37,152 bases of DNA from Craspedostauros australis (lineage: Eukaryota): positions 1 through 37,152 of the forward strand of contig JALAGF010006122.1 of NCBI GenBank assembly GCA_030167865.1, given 5' to 3'. The translations under genes were made by a program, and so were the position numbers. Positions 31,369 through 37,152 of this stretch are shown here, piece after piece. The notes below the pieces were generated by a model that was given only the letters and a program-made list of their open reading frames with translations, did not search any database and had not been told where the DNA came from. How positions within the stretch are numbered: the first letter of the stretch is position 1; each line of letters begins with the position of its first letter.

Positions 31369-31995
31369 TGAAGGGAGCTGTTATAGCACCATACTCTGCT
31401 TACCATGCTGGTGGTGGCATACTCGTCAACAACAACATGAGGACGGGGTGAGCTGAAGTGAACATCGCCACCTTGACGAACAGTACGAGCAGAGGGATAG
31501 CAACAATAGAACAAAGGATGAAACCGTCTTTTCTGCATCCAAGTGTGGAGTGGAGCAATTGCGCATTCGTTACACTTGTGCGCGTCCTTCATTCGAATCT
31601 ACTATCAATGCTGTATGATATTCTAGAATATAATATTCTATTATATATAATAGGTGGTGCTCTACTCAATTGAACTTCAGATGGTCGTATCACCATATGT
31701 CTTTGGTTCAAAGGTGTCTATTCTATTCTAGATTTGATCTACTCTATTCGTTTTTATATGATGTCTATGGTGAGTCCTGTGTTGCGTGTGGGTGAGTCGT
31801 CGTCTATGGGGATGGAAGAGCAAAATTGGTGGACGTTGGTATCGTCGCAGCGGGCGGAGTCGGCAGACCATGCAAGATCAGGTCGCTCGGTTGGTATCCA
31901 TGGCATGTGCGAGTCCATGCTGGTATGTAATGTTATGTCATGTCATGTCACGTTGTGTCACGGTATCTCACAGCATGGCATGCCATCGCAGCACA

Positions 31996-32517
31996 TTAGG
32001 CCGCAGCGTTGGTCCAGCTCTTGATGACTGACTTGGCCTCAGATGGGACCTTGGTGAATCTGGAGGACGGCTTCTTCATGGCCTTCAGCTTGTCCTTGAT
32101 CGCTTCCATAGTCGTCTTCTTGGACGCCTTGGCTCTGTGCAGCTGTATGTCGGCCATTTTGTAGCACGTGTTGGAGATATCGTTGAGCGAGCTTCCGCTG
32201 ATCAGGGCCAGCTCCGTCCTTCTCTGCGGCGAGATGCGCAGCTTCTTCTGGCCGGACCGTCTGTGATTCTGTCGGCGCACTTCGAACTCGTCAACATCGA
32301 AGGACTCGATGTCCTGCGCCTTCCAGCCGACGGTGATCGGAACACCTTCGCACGGGGATGGATTGTCTCCGAGGATGATCGGCAGCTCGATGACTCTCAC
32401 GTGGTCGAACCACACCCGCTTCAGAAAGCGGGATCCTGTGTATTGGTCCTCCTCGCCGAAGCTGGACTCGCCGCTCTTCATGCAGCTCTTCGGTGGTGCC
32501 ATGTTGGAGGATGTCAT
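31996..32517 (-). CDS. Diatom-type hypothetical protein with an LGDNPS/GVPI motif (~173 aa)
   Basis: KSCMK...KRVWFDHVRVIELPIILGDNPSPCEGVPITVGW....FDVDEFEVRR....LRISPQRR, a motif string I recall as recurrent in diatom hypothetical proteins. ATG at 32517 (or 32502); the ORF extension further upstream is microsatellite. Confidence 0.8.
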   Translation of the reverse strand: MTSSNMAPPKSCMKSGESSFGEEDQYTGSRFLKRVWFDHVRVIELPIILGDNPSPCEGVPITVGWKAQDIESFDVDEFEVRRQNHRRSGQKKLRISPQRRTELALISGSSLNDISNTCYKMADIQLHRAKASKKTTMEAIKDKLKAMKKPSSRFTKVPSEAKSVIKSWTNAAA

Positions 32518-32539
32518 TGTTGCTTTTGCTTTGGTGATT

Positions 32540-32700
32540 GTTTGATTGCTTGATTGTTTGATTGCTTGGTTGATTGATTGCTTGATTGCTTGATTGCTTG
32601 ATTGCTTGACTGATTGACTGATTGACTGAATGGCTGATTGTGAGATTATGGGATGCTGAACTTGTTTGGCTTGGTTTGGTTTGGTTTGGTTTAGCTTGGC
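32540..32700. repeat. (TGAT/TGCT)n tetramer and (TTTGG)n pentamer microsatellites in the presumed 5' UTR
   Basis: Visible directly; they explain the QSINQAIKQSS and TKPNQ translation in the ORF track. Confidence 0.85.
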
Positions 32701-33690
32701 ACGGTGATGATGAAGCACGAGCGCGTGGTTTGGTTTCTCAGTCGACTTTGTGACCGAACTGCATACAATTTTGTCATGGTCTTTTGCAAGAAACGCACAC
32801 AAACAGGTTCCCTTTCGCATTTGCTTTGGGATTCATGTTGATGTTGGGTGCGTCGATGATCCGTTGGGTGCGATCGTGCCGAGCCCACGGTGTGAAGAAG
32901 ATGTCATCGCAAAACCGAATTTCGTCATTTGGGGCCTGGTTGGTACTCGGTGATCGTTGTTTTCAAGCCGCAAGGCTTGTGTTTCTAAGATACATTGGAT
33001 CGCAAGTCTGAAACATCTATCGGTGGGCGATAAAAGTCACGTTCCATTGTCCGAAACCGTCATTCCATGCACTTAGGCTTTCTCGCTCACACATTTGTCC
33101 AAGAGAACATGCCCAAGACAAAACGAGTCGCGGCGAAAACGTCATGAATCTTGTTCACGGTTGGGGATTTCCGTGATTTGTTTGTGGTACTCATAGTGAG
33201 GCATATCATTATGTTTGCCTTGGTACTGGTTTCAGGAAGATAGTTGTTAGACTCTTCGCGATCGAGCCAAACACCAACCATCGACCCCCACGACTTAAAT
33301 AGACCCAATCGACTCATCTCCCGCCAACAACATCATTTCTGGCGCCAATCCATCGTCCACCACACAAACGCACCACAACAAGATCTTCAGCGATGCGACG
33401 CAACCCATCATGGATCCAAGAGAGGAAGCCGCGATGATGTCGATGCCTGGGACGATCGTCCGGAGCGATGAAGTCAACCCAGGATGAAGACTTGCCCACT
33501 AGCCAGCCAGCCAGCCAGCCAGCTAGCTGACCAACTGATCCGTCGAGAGGCTACTTGCGCCAACGCTGCCAGTAAATTCTTGCGTGCATCGTTGCTGGTA
33601 CGGCAGCCTCGGCCTCTGCAACGACGATAACGAAAACGAGCACAACTCGAACACAACAGCTCTCGTGCTCGTGCTCGTGCAACTGAAACG

Positions 33691-35097
33691 ATGCGAACGA
33701 CCCCATTGCTGCGGGTGATGGTGGCCCTGTGTCTTCCATTGCGTTCGGATTCGTTCCACCTCACATCGTCGCATAGATCTTCATTGAGGGGATCGCCAAG
33801 CCGTGACTCCCATTTGGCTCTCGGCATCCATCCATCACAAGCCAGACAGACAGCATGCTTGCAATCAATGCAAGATCAATCCAATGGGGAGGATTCCCAG
33901 AGAGGAGAGCACCGCGATGATGCTTCATCGGATAAACATGCTGAGAACAAGCAGCAGCAACAGGCTTCAGCGGATGGCGCATTCCCAAAGCCATTCGTTT
34001 GGAAGATATCATCGGCATCGTCGCGACCCTCGACATCTTCCAACAGCGACGGTCAGCTGAGCGACGATGAGCTGGACTACTCATGCGTTGGATGGGAAGA
34101 GTACGGGATGGCCACGCAGCAGCGGAGGCAACCACGAGCTGCCGCGGAGACCTGGAGCTGGTCCAAGAACTTCGTGCTCGCGCATGAGCTCTGTCCGTGG
34201 GCACGGTCCAGCTTGGAGACGCACCGAGCATTCCAGATCTTCGTCGTCCCGGTTGCCTATGTCGACGGTTTCGCGGACGCATTGTCGACGAAACGGCAGC
34301 AACAGCAACGGGAACGGCAACAACAGCAGGCGAATCCCAGCGACGATGGGAATGACTTTGTCGATAATCTCGATGACGATTACAATGACGATGACGATGA
34401 TGAAGACGATGTGGAAACAGCAGCGTTGCGACGGATCGTTGAGTCCGTAGCAATGAAGTTCGAGGCTGACGTGTTGGATGGCAGGAGCAGCAGTGAATTC
34501 ATCGCCAAGCCCACGGATGATGAGCAAGGCAATGCCAACGACGACGATCACCCATCGATATCGCAACGGGAAACGGCGGCGCGGATTGAAGCTTCAGCCG
34601 ATGCAACTGCGTCCAAGCCACTTGAATCAGCAGCAATTTACTTCGTCGTTTTCGCGCCCGATGACGTTGATGGCGAGGGAATTTCCTTTCCACGGGACGG
34701 CGTGAACAACGATATTGCCGACACCGGTGATGGGGACACCACTTCCGAGTACAGTTGCAATCGCCAGAGCGACGACGATCATTGGCTCGCCAACTTCGAA
34801 GACTTCTATTCATGTTTCGTCGACCTTGAAGACTTTTGGTACGATCGCAGCGAGTTCAGCGAAACAGTGACGTTGGCGCCGTTCCATCCCGGATGGAGAT
34901 TCGGCGATGATCAGCAACAGCTGTCTTTCGAGAAGCGGAGTCCCTACCCAACCATCACGGTCGTTTCAACAGACGTCATCAACCGAGCAGGTCCAGCTTC
35001 CACCGAAGCAATAGGTCACAAGAACGAAGCCACGCTGTTGGAGCAGCCTTTCGCATTCTGGTCGGCGGCGTGGAAGGAGGCGATCCGCGGCGAATGA
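33691..35097 (+). CDS. DUF1415-family protein with a probable bipartite plastid-targeting presequence, 468 aa
   Basis: ETWSWSKNFVLAHELCPWA, AIYFVVF, VTLAPFHPGWRF, RSPYPTITVV and I..KNE.TL match DUF1415 motifs. The N-terminus has a hydrophobic core, then SDS|F, then a Ser/Arg-rich transit-like segment. Confidence 0.82.
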   Translation: MRTTPLLRVMVALCLPLRSDSFHLTSSHRSSLRGSPSRDSHLALGIHPSQARQTACLQSMQDQSNGEDSQRGEHRDDASSDKHAENKQQQQASADGAFPKPFVWKISSASSRPSTSSNSDGQLSDDELDYSCVGWEEYGMATQQRRQPRAAAETWSWSKNFVLAHELCPWARSSLETHRAFQIFVVPVAYVDGFADALSTKRQQQQRERQQQQANPSDDGNDFVDNLDDDYNDDDDDEDDVETAALRRIVESVAMKFEADVLDGRSSSEFIAKPTDDEQGNANDDDHPSISQRETAARIEASADATASKPLESAAIYFVVFAPDDVDGEGISFPRDGVNNDIADTGDGDTTSEYSCNRQSDDDHWLANFEDFYSCFVDLEDFWYDRSEFSETVTLAPFHPGWRFGDDQQQLSFEKRSPYPTITVVSTDVINRAGPASTEAIGHKNEATLLEQPFAFWSAAWKEAIRGE

Positions 35098-37152
35098 TAA
35101 GCAGCGGAATATAGCACTGCTGATCATCCTCCACCATGCTCTCAAGAGTGCCATGGTTTTGGTACGAATATTCGTGCGGAGGCACGTATGTGGAATGCGT
35201 ATGATACACAGAGAGGCTGTACGGGTTGAAGGACATTTGCGCTGATTTCTGGATACTTGATGGCGCGGTTCTCGGTGATACCGCTTGAGTGGGAGGGAAC
35301 CACTTTGGTGATCGTGCCATCCTTTGACCGCGCAAACGAAGCAAGTGGCGGCGTTGAGGTTGCATAACCTTGACATTGCGCGGTGCGGTATTGCGTGATT
35401 GTGCACTTCCGTTGCATTCCAGAAAGCGGCCCTCCTCAGCTTTCCGATGCGACACGAAAGTACGTATGCATTGGTACGACTATGGTGAATGCAATCTTGG
35501 TCTGTATCACTTGGGGTCGTGGTGCCGAACCCCACATCGCCACCGCCTTTTGGGACATTTGCCATCCCGCATGGTATCATGCGGAATCATGCCTCTGGTA
35601 TGGTACCGCGCGCAGTGAGAACTCACCTCGCCTCTCCATCATTTTTGTGTTCGCCGCTGGCACAGTGACGCACGAATCGAACCGAAGCGACACCTCCGCC
35701 TCTCCGAAACTTCGCCCAAGGCATGTGGAAACTGATCTCTGGCGTCTCCACGAAAGTGAAGACGGACGCACAAGAGGGGCACGTGCATTGCTTGCCATTC
35801 AGGAATGGCCCTATCTCCTGCTTTCTTCCGATGGTATCAATGAGATGGCCATGACCGCGCCAAGAGCAGGCCAGATTCTTACCTCCGGTCGCAATGATGC
35901 GCTTCATTCCCACGACACATCAAATCTACCATCACGGGTAAACAGAGCACGTGTTGTCGCGATGGCGCCACCTTGCGGACAACATGGCCAATGCCGCAGT
36001 CTCGGTTTCCTCTTTTGGATCCGTGTGCTACTACTGAGCAGGATAACCCTGCGCCACACCGTTGTCAGAGCACGATGTGGTACCGTACGATAGAATACGG
36101 TACGGGAGGATACGACACCTGTGTAGACACCTCTGTCTCCCCCTCTCTATTGGTAGAGGAAGTACTCCACTCTGCTCGATCCAACTTTTCCGTCATTGGA
36201 ATGATGGCAGAACAGAGCATGTGGGCCATCGTGCGCGGGAGTACTGGGGTGATGCAAATACCGCGCTGATGATGAATGAGGTGGGAGATGAGGAGGATGG
36301 TGTTGCATGACGTGTGTGATGAAGATTGACGTCACCCACCAAGAAATTGAATTGGCGCGCCGCATGGACATTGCGGAGGCATCAGAAACCATTCGGCGGT
36401 CCGGATCGTAACACCCCAGGGAGAAAGACTGCTCTCTGGTTCCTTTTTGGAGCGATACTCGTCAAGTTCTCTTTCAGATTCGCGGGCGGGAGGAGTGCAT
36501 GGCGGACAGTGGAGGCGTTTTGGTGGGAGTAGCCGAAATCACATACGATCGTGCACATCAAAGACGAAGGAGGAGATTGATGTGATGGAAACGATGGATG
36601 CAATGGACACAATGGATTTGTTCTTCGAGATCATCCTCTTCTCTCTCTTTGGCTGTGTGGCTGTGGAGGCACGAGTATGGAAGACCCGTATTGGCTGAAG
36701 TGTACTGACAGATTGGCGCTTGGGGTCATCGCTGCGCGCGCAAAAGCAAGATGCGAACCTTCGGTTTTGGAGGAGCAGGTGATGTTGTGGGCGGTGACAC
36801 TACCTGTGGAGGCAATAGAGGCCTATCGCATTTCACATTGGGAGTCCCACGGTACAAAATAACCTGATAATGATATTTTTAGAGGGGCAACATGCGAACT
36901 TCCCCCTCGGAAAGTGAAACTCGATTGCGTGTTAGGAGCCAAAAACACGGTTGAGTTTCACATTGCAGTCCCGGCAATCCAACCTTCCACGTGTTGGAAA
37001 GAAACCAGTGGCCAATCATTTCTCTTCATTTGCAGCAATGTTGAGTCGTCCTTGTCGTAATAATGATATTTTTTGAGATGCTAGTGATGATGAAACTAGC
37101 ATTCGGAATGAGAGGTGCATGGAGCGATAGAGAGCGATTACGATGTCGAATA

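Noticed and set aside
32518..32820. N-terminal QSINQAIKQSS repeats as a protein repeat
   Set aside because: Translation of tetramer microsatellites upstream of the first ATG; more likely 5' UTR.
12473..35097. A functionally linked gene cluster or novel multi-gene system
   Set aside because: The genes point to unrelated compartments and processes (nucleus, endocytosis, mitochondrion, plastid) with mixed orientations. Nothing in the sequence links them beyond adjacency.
34966..37152. ORFs 34966..35580 (-), 35383..36093 (+) and smaller distal ORFs
   Set aside because: No recognisable domains or consistent coding signal. The short ATAATGATATTTTT repeat (~36867 and ~37060) is too small to define an element.

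Overview
Eukaryotic nuclear DNA, very probably from a diatom. The evidence is GT-AG introns, a DUF6824 protein, a diatom-type 'LGDNPS..GVP...W' protein and a bipartite plastid-targeting presequence. About ten protein-coding genes are supportable: eIF3 subunit J (-, 2 exons); a DUF6824 protein with a Gln-rich tail (+, probable upstream exon missed by the ORF track); a YisB-like HNH/Zn protein (+); a BAR-domain protein with DPF/NPF motifs (-, 2 exons); mitochondrial ribosomal protein mS35 (+); a membrane-anchored protein resembling a degenerate alpha/beta-hydrolase (-); two hypothetical proteins (-); a large Kelch beta-propeller protein (+); and a probably plastid-targeted DUF1415 protein (+). 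The most unusual non-coding feature is 1-~1870, a heavily diverged ~181-195 bp tandem array that switches orientation near 605 and runs into a 50-N gap flanked by a 380-bp duplicate. About 9 kb (3.2-12.4 kb) holds no convincing gene. Degenerate pentamer tracts recur in introns and gene flanks. I saw no tRNA, rRNA, CRISPR array or recognisable transposase, and no convincing multi-gene novel system. All family calls come from motif recognition by eye, not database searches.
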